Positions 12,850 to 26,586 are shown, counted from the first letter of the stretch. The stretch: 64,000 nucleotides of DNA from Eledone cirrhosa (GCA_964016885.1 OZ024741.1:276892001-276956000); one strand, 5' to 3'. Numbers and translations are program-made. Notes: generated from the sequence alone by a model not told the origin.

Positions 12850-15810
12850 CTACAGACATTACAACACCGCCACCTACAGACATTACAACACCACCACCTA
12901 CAGACATTACAACACCGCCACCTACAGACATTACAACACCACCACCTACAGACATTACAACACCACCACCTACAGACATTACAACACCGCCACCTACAGA
13001 CATTACAACACCGCCACCTACAGACATTACAACACCACCACCTACAGACATTACAACACCGCCACCTACAGACATTACAACACCACCACCTACAGACATT
13101 ACAACACCACCACCTACAGACATTACAACACCACCACCTACAGACATTACAACACCGCCACCTACAGACATTACAACACCGCCACCACCTACTGACAATA
13201 CAACACCACCTACAGACATAACAACACCACCTACAGACATTACAACACCGTCACCACCTACTGACAATACAACACCACCTACAGACATAACAACACCACC
13301 TACAGACATTACAACACCACCTACAGACATAACAACACCACCACCACCTACAAACATAACAACACCACCTACTGATATTACAACACCACCTACTGACATT
13401 ACAACACCACCATCTACTGACATAACAACACCACCAACAGACATTACAAACACCACTACCAACAGACATAACAACACCACCATCTACTGACATAACAACA
13501 CCACCTACAGACATTACAACACCTCCTATTGATATTACAACACCACCTACAGACATTACAACACCACCAACAGACATAACAACACCACCACCTACAGACA
13601 TTATAACACCACCACCTACAGACATAACAACACTACCACCTACAGACATTTCAACACCGCCACCACCTACTGACAATAAAACACCACCAACAGACATAAC
13701 AACACCATCACCTACTGACATTACAACAACACCTACAGACATAACAACACCACCACCTACTGACATTACAACACCACCTACAGACATTACAACACCACCA
13801 CCTACTGATATTACAACACCACCTACAGACATTACAACACCACCACCTACAGACATTATAACACCACCAACAGCCATTACAACACCACCACCTACTGACA
13901 TTACAACACCACCAACAGACATAACAACACCACCACTTACAGACATAACAACACCACCACATACTGACATTACAACACCACCAACAGACATAACAACACC
14001 ACCACCTACTGACAATACAACACCACCTACTGACATAACAACACCACCACCTACAGACATTATAACACCTCCACCTACTGACATTACAACACCACCTACA
14101 GACATTACAACACCACCATCTACTGATATTACAACACCACCTACAGACATTACAACACCACCTACAGACATAACAACACCACCTACAGACATTACAACAC
14201 CACCTACAGACATAACAACACCACCTACAGACATTACAACACCACCATCTACAGACATTACAACACCACCACCTACAGACATAACAACACCTCCTACAGA
14301 CATTACAACACCACCGCCTACTGACATAACAACACCACCTACAGACATAACAACACCACCTACAGACATTACAACACCACCTACAGACATAACAACACCA
14401 CCTACAGACATTACAACGCCACCACCTACTGACATTACAACAGCACCACCTACTGACATAACAACACCACCACCTACAGACATCACAACAACACCATCTA
14501 CTGACATCACAACAACACCATCTACTGACAATACAACACCACCATCTACTGACATAACATCACCATCACCTACAGATATAACAACACCACCTACAGACAT
14601 TACAACACAACCTACAGACATTACAACACCACCTACAGACATTACAACACCACCTGCAGACATTAAAACACCACCTACAGACATTACAACATCACCACCT
14701 ACAGACATTACAACACCACAACCACCTACTGACATTACAACACCACCAATAGACATAACAACACCACCACCTACAGACATTACAACACCACCTACAGACA
14801 TTACAACACCACCTACAGACATTAAAACACCACCAACAGACATAACAACACCACCACGTACTGACAATACAACACCACCTACTGACATAACAACACCACC
14901 ACCTACAGACATTATAACACCACCACCTACAGACATTACAACACCACCACCTACAGACATTACAACACCACCTACTGACATCCCAACAACACCATCTACT
15001 GACAATACAACACCACCATCTACTGACATAACATCACCATCACCTACAGACATTACAACACCACCTACTGACATTACAACAACACCACCTACAGACATTA
15101 CAACACCACCACCTACAGACATAACAACACCACCTACAGACATTACAACACCACCTACAGACATTACAACACCACCTACAGACATTAAAACACCACCTAC
15201 AGACATTACAACACCACCACCTACAGACATTACAACACCGCCACCACCTACTGACAATACAACACCACCTACAGACATTACAACAACACCACCTACAGAC
15301 ATTACAACACCACCACCTACAGACATTACAACACCACCACCTACAGACATAACAACACCACCTACAGACATTACAACACCGCCACCACCTACTGACAATA
15401 CAACACCACCTACTGACATTACAACACCACCACCTACAGACATTACAACACCACCACCTACTGACATAACAACACCGCCTACAGACATTACAACACCACC
15501 ACCTACAGACATTACAACACCACCATCTACAGACATTACAACACCACCACCACCTACTGACATTAAAACACCATCATCTACTGACATAACAACAACACCA
15601 ACAGACATAACAACACCACCACCTACTGACATTACAACACCACCGACTGACATTACAACACCGCCATCTACTGACAATACAACACCACCTACTGACAATA
15701 CAACACCACCTACTGACACTACAACACCACCACCTACAGACATTACAACACCACCACCTACAGGCATTACAACACCACCACCTACTGACATTACAACACC
15801 ACCACCTACA
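12850..15810. repeat. 21/24/27-bp minisatellite (reads TDITTPP(P) on +, VVMSVGG(G) on -)
   Basis: ACAGACATTACAACACCACCACCT units over ~3 kb; unit lengths are multiples of 3 except one extra A near 13448. Confidence 0.95.
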
Positions 15811-15961
15811 GTCCCCAAGAGCAGAGGTTCGCAAACGGTTTGGGCCAGCGCCCCTCACGGCCACAATACTCACAGCTTCCTCAAACCTATTTCCAGAGAG
15901 ACCTTCCTACACGTAAATTGTAAATAATATCTAATAAATAAAATTGTTTATATATATAACA

Positions 15962-16148
15962 AATAATTGTTTCTACTTGTTGGCACAAAGCCAGCAATTA
16001 TCAGTGCATTACTGGTACTTTATTTTATCGACCCCGTAAGGATGAAAGGCAAAGTTAACCTCGGCGGGATTTGAAATCAGAATGGCAAGGGCCGTAACTC
16101 TATGCATCAAAGCATGGCGTCCGACCCTCTACCGATACTGCCAATCCA
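15962..16148 (-). mobile_element. tRNA-derived SINE
   Basis: Near-identical to 57-248. Confidence 0.85.
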
Positions 16149-16789
16149 GTGCATATATATAACAAATAATATAATATATACTATGTATAAATAAGTATTA
16201 TATAGTTTTTATTTTACTATATTTATATATATGTATCATTTGATATTTAATATACTATTATATCATCTCTGCCACCTCGACCCCCTAGAGACGTGATAAG
16301 AAATATTACAGGCATTACCACAGTACCTTTATATAGATTGATAAGAGAATGGAGGTACATTCCTTTATCCTATTATATTTCTATTGGTTCAAGTCATCAT
16401 ACAGCAGCCATGCTGGGTCATGTATGTACCAGCGGTTCCCTACCTGGGGTTTGCAAAGATAGTAATGAAACTTCAAATACTTCGTTAAAAAACCCATAAT
16501 ATACGTACACTCTTTCCTTCACACGCACACAGATACCCCCACAACACACACACACAATGTCTCTCTTTCTCTTCCTCTCTCTTACTCAGACAGAATCACT
16601 GAAAAAGGCACCCCCTTCACCTCCTACCATATCTATATATACATTTCAACTAACTATGATGACACCCCACACCATCCTCCGTTTAATCTACACACCCCAT
16701 TACCACTACCACCACAACCACCACCACCACAACCACTACCAGCCCCACTACCCCACCACCACCATCACCACATTACCAGCCATCTTTGT

Positions 16790-16858
16790 CTCTCATCGAT
16801 TAAGTTTCTACATTAGCGATATCAGAGAGACATTCCGATGCTCTGTTGCATGCAACAA
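16790..16858 (-). ncRNA. Conserved hairpin family, copy 4 (most diverged)
   Basis: Reverse strand GTTGTTGCATGCAACAGAGCATCGGAATGTCTCTCTGATATCGCTAATGTAGAAAC, then TCGATGAGA; inner stem CAGAG/CTCTG. Confidence 0.45.
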
Positions 16859-17383
16859 CAGCCACCACATACAAGTAAGCACACACATAGTCACATATAC
16901 ACACAAACAAACATACACACATATACACAATCATACACACACATACACATACATACAGATACACAATCATCTGTTGGCTTGACAGACCCACTGCAGCCTA
17001 CAGACCTTCTGTCCCCACTTTTCTGCCCTTTCAACCGCTACAAAAATGGGCCCTGCTACGCGGAACTAGCTGACTTTGTTCTGTTTCTACTCAGGCATTC
17101 CCGACTCAATCGTCTCTTCTCCAATCATCACCCATATCGTGTCCAGCCCCCTCAGACCCACACTAATCCCTACACCCAGTCCTTTCTTCCCAGAGCGTTG
17201 GTCTCCTGGAATTCTCTCTATACATGCGTATTTTCTGCAAGAGTCGACCTATAATAATATAAAGAAAATATTTATTTAGGAGTTGAAAGGTTGGTCACTT
17301 GTGTGTGATAACTAGAGCAATTTTCTTTAGACCTTAACATTTTTAGTGTTTAGACCTTATTTAGACCTTATTTTTAGACATCA

Positions 17384-17796
17384 TCTTTATATATAAAAAA
17401 GCGAGGATGTGTGTGTGTCAACTGTGTACAACTTTGGATACCTAAGGCTTTTACAATTACCAACCGAATTTGACCAAATTTTCTGTGCACGTTGCACAGG
17501 TCGTCAGATTGTCACATCACAAAATTTTCACATCACAAAATTTTCACATCACAATTTTCCAGTCGACCCACGTTGAGCAATAAAAAATCGATATCAAAAT
17601 TATCGGTAGCAAAATTGATGTAAGGGAGATAACCAACTTTATTGACAATCCTTATAAAAAAGGGAGATAACCAACTTTATTGACAGAAATATAAACATCA
17701 GATTCATTTGAAGATAAATCACTAATATTATCGTTTGTTTCTTATTTATTCTTTGTTGCATTTCAAACCCCGAACAACGCCGGGTAAATCTGCTAG
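17384..17796 (+). mobile_element. Non-autonomous Helitron
   Basis: A|TCTTTATATATAAAA...GTGTGTGT 5' end; 3' hairpin CCCG-aacaacgc-CGGG, then CTAG|T. Confidence 0.8.
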
Positions 17797-17859
17797 TATA
17801 GACTAAAGATATAAATTTTAACTTCAGATTTTTATTATTCATTAAAAAACAAACAACAT

Positions 17860-18680
17860 TAAATGACAGCATCAAAACTATTTACATATACATTGCAGCA
17901 ATATAAAATGTCACGTTCTCAGTTAGTAATTTACCAAGCATTGAAAAACTACACTCAACACTAGCTATGTAGGTTGACTCTTGAACAAGAGACTATCCAT
18001 GGGAAATATTGATAAGTTTTCCATTTGGCAAATTCATCCTAGATCGTCTTCCTGCAGTCTAGAGTTCAGATACTTTTTTATTTGGTACAGATCTTGGGCA
18101 AAATTCAAACCAGTGAGATTTTTAAAATGTTTCCTCAATTGAATATGGTGAACTCTCAGATTTTTTTAATATTTAAATCCTTCAGTGTCAAATAACATCG
18201 CACTATCTGTGTCAAACTTGCTTCTATTGTTGTTGAATTGACACACCGTTTAGCTTTTTCTACAAGAATACCTCCTTCATCGATTCCATTAATTATCTCA
18301 TGAACGCAGAGTAAATTCTTGACATAATATTTAGCTGCATCGATTCAACTGCCACATCGAGTGACTTTTGGCACATGAGGGATTCTGATATCTTTGAAAA
18401 GGATCTTTCTAGTGTGATTTTTGACTGTTGAAGCTTTTACAGACACAATGAGACCACTCATGTCTTCATAGAAAGCTTTGACTCTCAGGGCGCAATTACG
18501 AGGGAGATGCATAACATATGTCACATGGAAACAATTGGGATAAAGCATCTTTCATATTTCACCTATTTTGACCGTATACCTGGCAACATCAGATAGTAGT
18601 AACAACAGGTTTTCTCATGCAACGCCTGTTTCATGCAGGTATCAACAATAACTTGAATCATTGTCGTAAACTATAAATAC
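17860..18680 (-). pseudogene. Decayed hAT-like (DUF659/CGGBP-related) transposase
   Basis: Reverse-strand peptides LLLLSDVARY, LYPNCFHVTYVMHL, PKVTRCGS*IDAAKYY and ASVECSFSMLGKLL resemble HVTCxAH, TRWxS and SxERxFS motifs. Confidence 0.6.
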
Positions 18681-18730
18681 GAATTATGGAAAATATTTCC
18701 GTTGAGTTAATATCAACGAATTTCGTATTG

Positions 18731-18880
<150 letters not shown>

Positions 18881-18931
18881 CAATACGAAATTCGTTGATA
18901 TTAACTCAACGGAAATATTTTCCATAATTCG

Positions 18932-18967
<36 letters not shown>

Positions 18968-19466
18968 TATATTATTATACTTTGAGAGGGTCATGTTGCC
19001 AATAAAACACACGCATCTGTTCTCTTTCAATTTATTACAAATTTCCAGTTGATTGTTTTAATAACCGGATGGTTATTCGTCACACATTCTGTGACCTTCT
19101 CCTTGACTAATTTGTTATTTTGAGTATCTCTTTTGTTCTGTCCTACACCATCTTGTTTTTGTGGGCTGTCTGCTAGGGTTGCGCATGCGTTATATCCGGG
19201 CGTGTGAGTTTATTTATTTATTTATTTACTTTCGCACTCGTTTCCTGTCGATTTTCCCTTCCGTTTCAATTGACGTACTTTGGTTTGTCACATTTGTTTC
19301 TTATTTCGTCTTCACTTGTGTAATTCACCGAAAGGTATACTTGTTCTGTCTTAATTTCTCCCTTTTTTGAAATTCATATACGAAAGCCTAAGTCATATTG
19401 GCCTTTTTTAAACTACACACTCACTCACACACACACACACACATATGTATGTATGTATGTATGTAT

Positions 19467-20076
19467 GTCAGGTCACCAGTTGGTGCTACTGGTAACATGT
19501 ATCCCAGTACAACCTGTCTCATGGTCGGGTCGTTGGCGACTAAACTGGCAACCCCACCAAGGTTTCTTGGTGAGGAGGGTGACTTTGGACATCCTGCAGG
19601 ACTAAAAACAAAACCTGTCAAAGGGCAAGGGAGCTCTTAAGAGTCAATAGCCATCCAAAATCACTGGGAGAGATGACCCCTTAGCCTTTGTCAAGGCAGA
19701 ATTCTAGGAGAAGGAAAACTCTGATATAACACCTGCAACCCTGATGGTATCCAATGATGTTGACTTGTTCTTCTTTTTGGTAAATATCATCTTGGTTAAG
19801 AGAGTGGGACTGGCTTTGTGCAGTGCCTTTGCTCACTATAAAAGCTTCACAGCACAGGCATTGCTTTATATCTGGAGATCTCTCTGCACTTGTCATCACA
19901 TGGTACCATGGGCCCTGCACTATGTGTCAATAATGGTCACAAGTGTAGTCTTTGTACCAGAGTTTTCAAGTCGCTGGCTGGACTAAAAAGTCACACTCGT
20001 TCAGTGCCTCGGTAGGGGTTCTCCTACATGGATATAAAGTAGTGGCCGTACTCGAAAACGAGTTGGCAGCCACCAT
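19467..20076 (+). mobile_element. ~600-bp non-coding retro-like element in (ATGT)n, full length
   Basis: Reverse complement of 9997-10596; (ATGT)n on both flanks. Confidence 0.8.
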
Positions 20077-20148
20077 GTATGTATGTATGTATGTATGTAT
20101 GTATGTATGTATGTATGTATGTATGTATGTATGTATGTATGTATGTAT

Positions 20149-23100
20149 GTTATCTCTTTCTCTTAATTTCGAGTATATTTTTTTGACCGGCCACCTTCCT
20201 GGTGGCAAGGTTGTAAAAGAAAAGAAATTGTCATCCCTTGAATCGCAAGAATATTTTGCAAATTTTGAAGGTGCCAGCTATCGCAGCCATTTGTAGACTA
20301 TGAATTAGGGAGCTGCGCTTTTTGTCCGCAAATCCAAGTTCAGTCATACTTTGGTCCAAGCGGGTTGGTATATAACCCGTAGCTCCAATAATGATGGGTA
20401 TGAAGCTAAAGGTGTATCTTGGATACTGGATTTGTAAACTCCTCATCAATGGTCCGTAGATGTCCTCCTTCTCCTGTATTTTTCTGACAACGTTTACATC
20501 AAGGGGGCAGCTGATCTCCACAACAGAACACGTTTTCAATGTGTGGTCCCAAACAACAATATCAGGCCGGTTGTGCTTTAATTTGGTGGCAGTTTTTATT
20601 TTCAGGTTCAACCAGTATTCCTTAGTGCAATCTGTCTCAATATATTCTTCCTCGTTTGTTGTTAATTTTGTTTTCCGAAGTGCGTTCCAGATGGTTCTAG
20701 CTATCCCATCGTGTCTCATGGGGAGGTAGTAGCGAGATGACATTCTTTCGCAGTTGGCAACAATGTGGCTTACATCCTCGATCTTTGTTTTACATAACCT
20801 ACATTTATTGTCAGCTGCTGGCCCTCCTCTTTTGTGCAGCAGATATTTGGTAGTTAGTTCTTGTTCCTGTATTGCATAGAGATATCCCTCATCATCCCTT
20901 TATCTTGTTTGAACATTGAATAGGATCTTCCGACTTCTCTGGGTGAGAGATTTAGATCAGGCTTTATTCCATATCTCTCCTCCAGATCAGTCGCTATTCT
21001 AATGATATTTTTTTTTCATGCTCATAAACCTGGGAAAGATGGTTGCCAACCTTTTTCCTCTGTTGAAGGTGTTGCTTCAGTGTTACTATCCGGGTCTCAT
21101 ATGTTGTTAATATTGATTTTAGACCCCGGCCACCTTCCTTGCGTGAGAAGTATAGCCGATCCACATCACCATTGATGTTAAAGTTCCCAGTAACACTGAG
21201 AAGTTTGCGACTTCTAACATCCATCTCACTTAGTTCTTGCAATGACCAGTTCAGCACGCCAAATGTTGGCGTTAGAATTGGCGCAGCATAAGTATTGTGG
21301 GCAATGTATTTGTTGTACGCTGACAGTTCTGATGACCATATTTTCTTCACTCTTCTGAGGTATTCAGTTCTGGTTCTCTCCTTATTTATGGGTCCATCAT
21401 ATCTGACATTCTCATCCTGTCCAAGATATCTGTAGTTGTCACCTGACTGTAGAGGTTGTATTGTCAGGCCGTTCATCTCTAGATTTTTAGAGGAGGGCAC
21501 AGCTCTTCGACGTTTTACTGCCAAATATGCACACTTGGACTCACCAAATTTCATTTTGATGTCGGTTGAAAATTGTGTAATGAGGTCCAATTGTTTCTTG
21601 ATGTCATTGATATTTGGCCCATACAACTTCAGGTCATCAACAAAAAAAAGATGAGAGAAACTTCTGGGCCCACTTTTTTGTCCACCTTGTTTCCTGAGTA
21701 GGTAAGATAGTGGATTCAGTGAGAGAACGAAGAGTAGCACTGACAAGCTATCACCCTGAAAGATGCCCTTCTGGTAATGTATCTTATCAGTCTTAACTTG
21801 CTCCTTCTCACCTCTAAGGATCAAATTGGTGTACCAGTTCTTGGTCAGGCGTTCAACAGCAGCTACCAATGGTTGTGGGACTTTAGCTAACTGTAAAGCC
21901 TTAATAATCCACCCATGAGGTACACTATCAAATGCTTTTTGATAGTCCAGCCACACCACAGTCATGTTTCTGCGATTCTTTGTTGTTTTTTCCTGAATCA
22001 TTTTGTTAGTTAGTAGGTGATCTATGCAACCCCACACCTCCCTCTTTCCACCAGCTTGCTCAGGTGTTATGATGTTGTTGGTAGCACAGTGATCCTGTAA
22101 GAACAGGTTAAGGCACCCAGTATATAATTTATACATGATGTTTTGGCAGGCTATTGGGCGGTAATTTTTAGCAAGGGTGGTTTGGCTATTTTGGGGAATG
22201 AGGAGAGTAGTGGCAGTTGATAACCATCTGGGCAGTTCTTGTGTGCCTTTAATGGTTTCTGTAAACAGCCGTATGAGATCTTGCCGATAGAAAGTGAAAT
22301 TCTTCAACCAGTATCCTGTAATGAGGTCTGGGCCTGGCGATTTCCTATTCGACATTTTCTGTAGAGCTGTTTCCAGTATTGACCGATCTATGTCATATTG
22401 TTTTGTCTGGACATGTTGGCAGTAGTCCTGTTCCAGTTCTGTTAGCCAATTAGTTTGTCTGTTGAATCCGTCATCCGTTTCCCATACAGATCTCCAGTAG
22501 CTCTCAACCTGTTCTTTTGAAGGGGTGTCGTTTACAGGGATTGAGCTTTTGCCACCGAAGCTGCGATAAACTGATTTAGGATCTCTGGCAAACAATCTAT
22601 TTAGCACTTGTCGTTTATGTGCTGTTGACTTATATTTTAGTCTTTCTGTTGTAGCTGTGAGTTGCTGTTTCAACTGGTGTAATTTGGAGTTCAAAGTTTT
22701 AAATTTTGTATCTCCAAATCGTCTCTCTAACTTTTTTTTTTAGGTCTTCCTGGTGTCGTGTGAAGTTGCTCTCTATGTTGCATTTCATATCGACTGCGAT
22801 GTGTGAGATACTTCGTCTCAGGGACAAAATTTTGCTTTTTAAATTTCGCATCCACGCTGGTTCAGGCTTTCTGTTTGTATCTTGATTGCGTGGTTTTAGA
22901 TGTGTGTTATATGATAGCAATGTGACAGCTGAAACATATAACAAAACATTAAGCGTTTCAAATGTCGTTTCTACACCTTTAGATCGTATAGCCTTCAGAT
23001 AATTGCCAGCTATTTCGTTCACCGCTTCCAATTCCAATTTAGTGGGTTCTTTACTGATTCTGGTGTTGTATGGTCTGTCACTCACATTAAGGCTGTGTAT

Positions 23101-24256
23101 CTCTTGAAACATATCGTTCCATATCACTTGTAGGGTGTCCACAAGTTTTTGGTGCTCTGTTTGTTCAGTAGAGTCATGAATTTCAGCCTCGTTGTTGATG
23201 TGGTGATAATTACTACTAGAGTTAGCTGACCTTTCTCGCTGTTCTTCAGTGAAAGTGGGATGGATTTCAGCAAAATTGTTGGTGAGCTGTTCACTGTTAG
23301 ATTTAGCTGGCCATTCTCTTTGTCTGTCAGTGGAGGTGGGGTGGTTGTTTACAAGGGTTGTATTTGTAGTATCACTCAATTCCGTTAGATGTATCAATTT
23401 ACATCTAATGATACGTTTTGCCTGTTCATTTAAATGCTTTGGAGAAAAGTCTAATTCTGGGTGTTTGGAGTTCCATAAAGTTTTTAGCCTTTGCATAAAA
23501 CCGAACTTTTGGGGTTCAGATTGTTTGTATGCTTCATATAATACTTTGTTAAGCTCGTAGCTCCACTGTATACAACGGTTGTAGTTGCGATTTGGTCGAA
23601 GGAGACTTGTACTTTTTGTCATGATGAGTTCGTCTATTCACTAATATTTCGTATTTATTTTTCAAAATAGTCGATGATCTTCTTTAAAAGTTTCGACAAA
23701 GTTCTGTCAGAATCAAATTTAAAGTTATTCACAGCTTGGGTAATATTTCTTTTCAGTTAGTTTTTCATTCTACAACAGTGTTTTAAACGTTGTCCTTGAA
23801 TCGTTTGAATCGAGAACAAAAAGAACCGTTACTTAGTATATTTCTTTATGAATGTAATATAATATAACAACGCTGTATTTATATGTTAAAGTTTATGTAT
23901 CATTCATATAAATAGGTGTTCTACAACTTATTCACAACATATTCACAGTTCAAACACTTATGTTTTTGTTTCTGAATCGAAAACGTTATTTGTATATTTC
24001 TTTATAAATGTAATATAACAACGTTGCATTTATATGTTAAAGTATATGTATCGTTCATATATCATAAGTGTATGTATCGTTCATATAAATAAGTGTTTTA
24101 CAACACACTTACAGTTCAAACACTTATGTAGAATTATTGTATGTAATCTTACTGCGTAATGTAGCTCAACTTTTTCAAATATATGGTATGTTCCCTTCAT
24201 GTAAGCCGTAATTACACACGTCCGATTATCGGACACTGACCACAACGGTCGCCATT
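20149..24256 (-). mobile_element. Second R4/Dong-like LINE (different subfamily), nearly complete but disrupted
   Basis: ORFs 22699-23622, 20994-22694 (NYRPIAC, WLDYQKAFDSVPH, QGDSLS, FVDDLKLY) and 20231-20743 (RHD, RPDIVVWD..VEISCP); flanked by (TATG)n. Confidence 0.9.
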
Positions 24257-24401
24257 ATATGTATACATATATGTATACATATATGTATACATTATATGTA
24301 TGTATGTATGTATTATGTATGTATGTATGTATGTATGTATGTATGTATGTATGTATGTATGTATGTATGTATGTATGTATGTATGTATGTATGTATGTAT
24401 G

Positions 24402-24692
24402 CATCTCTTGTTTAAGAGAGTGGGACTGGCTTTGTGCAGTGCCTTTGCTCACTATAAAAGCTTCACGGCACAGGCATTGCTTTATATCTGGAGATCTCTC
24501 TGCACTTGTCGTCACATGGTACCATGGGCCCAGCACTATGTGTCAATAATTGTCACAAGTGTAGTGTTTGTACCAGAGTTTTCAAGTCGCTGGCTGGACT
24601 AAAAAGTCACACTCGTTCAGCGCATCGGTAGGGGTTCTCCTACATGGATATAAAGTAGTGGCCATACTCGAAAACGAGTTGGCAGCCACCAT
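24402..24692 (+). mobile_element. Truncated copy of the ~600-bp (ATGT)n element
   Basis: Matches 19790-20076 and keeps the GGCAGCCACC end. Confidence 0.8.
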
Positions 24693-24810
24693 GTATGTAT
24701 GTATGTATATTTATATGTATGTATGTATGTATGCATATATGTATGTATGTATATGCATGCATGCAAGCATGAATGTATGTATATATGTATATATATATAT
24801 ATATATATAT

Positions 24811-25362
24811 GTCAGGTCGCTCTCGATTGCTACTCGTAACATGTAACCCAGCCAGTACAATCTGTCTCATGGTCAGGTCGTCGGCGACTAAACCGGCAAC
24901 CCCACCAAGCCTGCTGGGTAAGAAGGGTGATATTTGGACACCCTGCGGCATGAAATACAAGACCTGGCACAGGGCGGAGGAACTCAGCAGAGTCAACGGC
25001 CATCCAAATAGTTTTTTTTTTGCTTTTTTTTTTTTTTTTTTTTTTTTCTCACCTGGGAGTGAAAGACCCCAGTTGTTGTCACAACACTTTTCTAGGAGAG
25101 GGAAACTCCGAAAAGAAACCTGCGGCTTCCGAGCCATCCGATGATGTTGACCAGTTCTCCTTTTCGGGTAGTGTTTTCGATGGTCAGAGAGTGGGATTGG
25201 TCAAGTGCAAGGCCTTTCCTCTCTTAAAATACAGTTAAAGCACAGGCATTGTTTGTTCAGGGTCTGTTACAGGTTTGTGTGACAGGCTGTAGCCTAAAAA
25301 TGCATCAAACTCTATAATCTGAGAAGCGATTGCAGTACTCTTAGCAGAGTTTGCAGCCATCA
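24811..25362 (+). mobile_element. Diverged relative of the ~600-bp element
   Basis: Starts GTCAGGTCGC..., shares GGCGACTAAACCGGCAACCCCACCAAG, ends GAGTTTGCAGCCATC(ATGT). Confidence 0.7.
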
Positions 25363-25453
25363 TGTATGTATGTACACATATGTATATATGAATCTATGCA
25401 TGTTTGTATGTTTGTACATATGTAAGTATGTATGCAAGGACGCATGTATGTAC

Positions 25454-25501
<48 letters not shown>

Positions 25502-25862
25502 ATGTATGTGTGTATGTGTATGTGTGTTTGTACGTGTGTATGTGTGTGCGCGTGCGTGTGAGTGAGTGTGTGTGTATTTGAATTCATCTATTATATACCT
25601 ATTCATGCGACTATGTATCTGTCTACTATTTTGGAAGTTTGCGGCCATGGCGATAACATATACCCCCCCCCCCCCCTCTCTCACTCACTTTCTCTCACTC
25701 CATCTCACTTTCTCTCTCTTCCTTTCTTTCTCTCTCTTTCACCCTCTCACGGCCTTTGACTCTTTCCTCCTCCTTCTCCTTGCATTCATCCTTCCCTCAA
25801 CCCCCTCTCTCTCTCACTCACCGCCCCTCCCCCCCTCTCTCTCTATCTATCGGAAAAAGTGC

Positions 25863-25938
25863 AAGTTGCCGGATGCAGCAACAAGTGATGGAATGTCTCA
25901 CTGGTGTCGCTGTAGTAGACTTAATCGATGAGATTCAA
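25863..25938 (+). ncRNA. Conserved hairpin family, copy 5
   Basis: AAGTTGCCGGATGCAGCAACAAGTGATGGAATGTCTCACTGGTGTCGCTGTAGTAGACTT, then TCGATGAGATTCAA; outer stem AAGT/ACTT. Confidence 0.5.
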
Positions 25939-26063
25939 GTGAGGTTTGTTATAAGGGCGGGGTGGAGGAGGAGTTATATTAGTCAGGGTGGAATTGGGGG
26001 GGGGGGGTGATTGGTTTGTGTATAGAGATTGTAGAAGGTGGATGGGGGAGTTTATGTCTCTGT

Positions 26064-26155
<92 letters not shown>

Positions 26156-26157
<2 letters not shown>

Positions 26158-26359
26158 AACCAGTAAGACCCCGACAGCTGAGCTCAAGCCGTTTCGACGG
26201 CTAATTCTGGACCAGAATTCTTGGTCCAGAATTAGCCGTCGAAACGGCTTGAGCTCAGCTGTCGGGGTCTTACTGGTTCCTATTACCCACTCTACTACCT
26301 CAAGTATTGAGTACTTTGGTGCGTTATGGTCCACCTGGTTCCTTACCACATTTCCTTCG

Positions 26360-26362
<3 letters not shown>
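26156..26362. mobile_element. Half-hammerhead short element with ~125-bp palindrome
   Basis: 26156-26213 pairs with 26222-26281 around a ~10-nt spacer; homologous to 3819-4008. Confidence 0.7.
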
Positions 26363-26397
<35 letters not shown>

Positions 26398-26407
26398 TAT
26401 ATATATG

Positions 26408-26476
<69 letters not shown>

Positions 26477-26482
26477 TATATG

Positions 26483-26579
<97 letters not shown>

Positions 26580-26586
26580 TATATGA

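Noticed and set aside
12380-15810. CRISPR-like array
   Set aside because: Contiguous tandem repeats without unique spacers, in eukaryotic DNA
13251-15818. 855-aa VVMSVGGG ORF on the minus strand
   Set aside because: Antisense reading of the minisatellite; no credible start and no similarity to a protein type I recognise
19467-19555. HDV-like ribozyme at the 5' end of the 600-bp element
   Set aside because: P4-like hairpin, CTAA and some pairings are present, but I could not assemble the nested P1/P1.1/P2/P3 order; needs a descriptor search
25872-25931. Recurrent peptide [16 protein letters not shown] as a small-peptide family
   Set aside because: Copy 3 has an in-frame stop, and copies 6, 9 and 12 have 2- or 4-nt insertions
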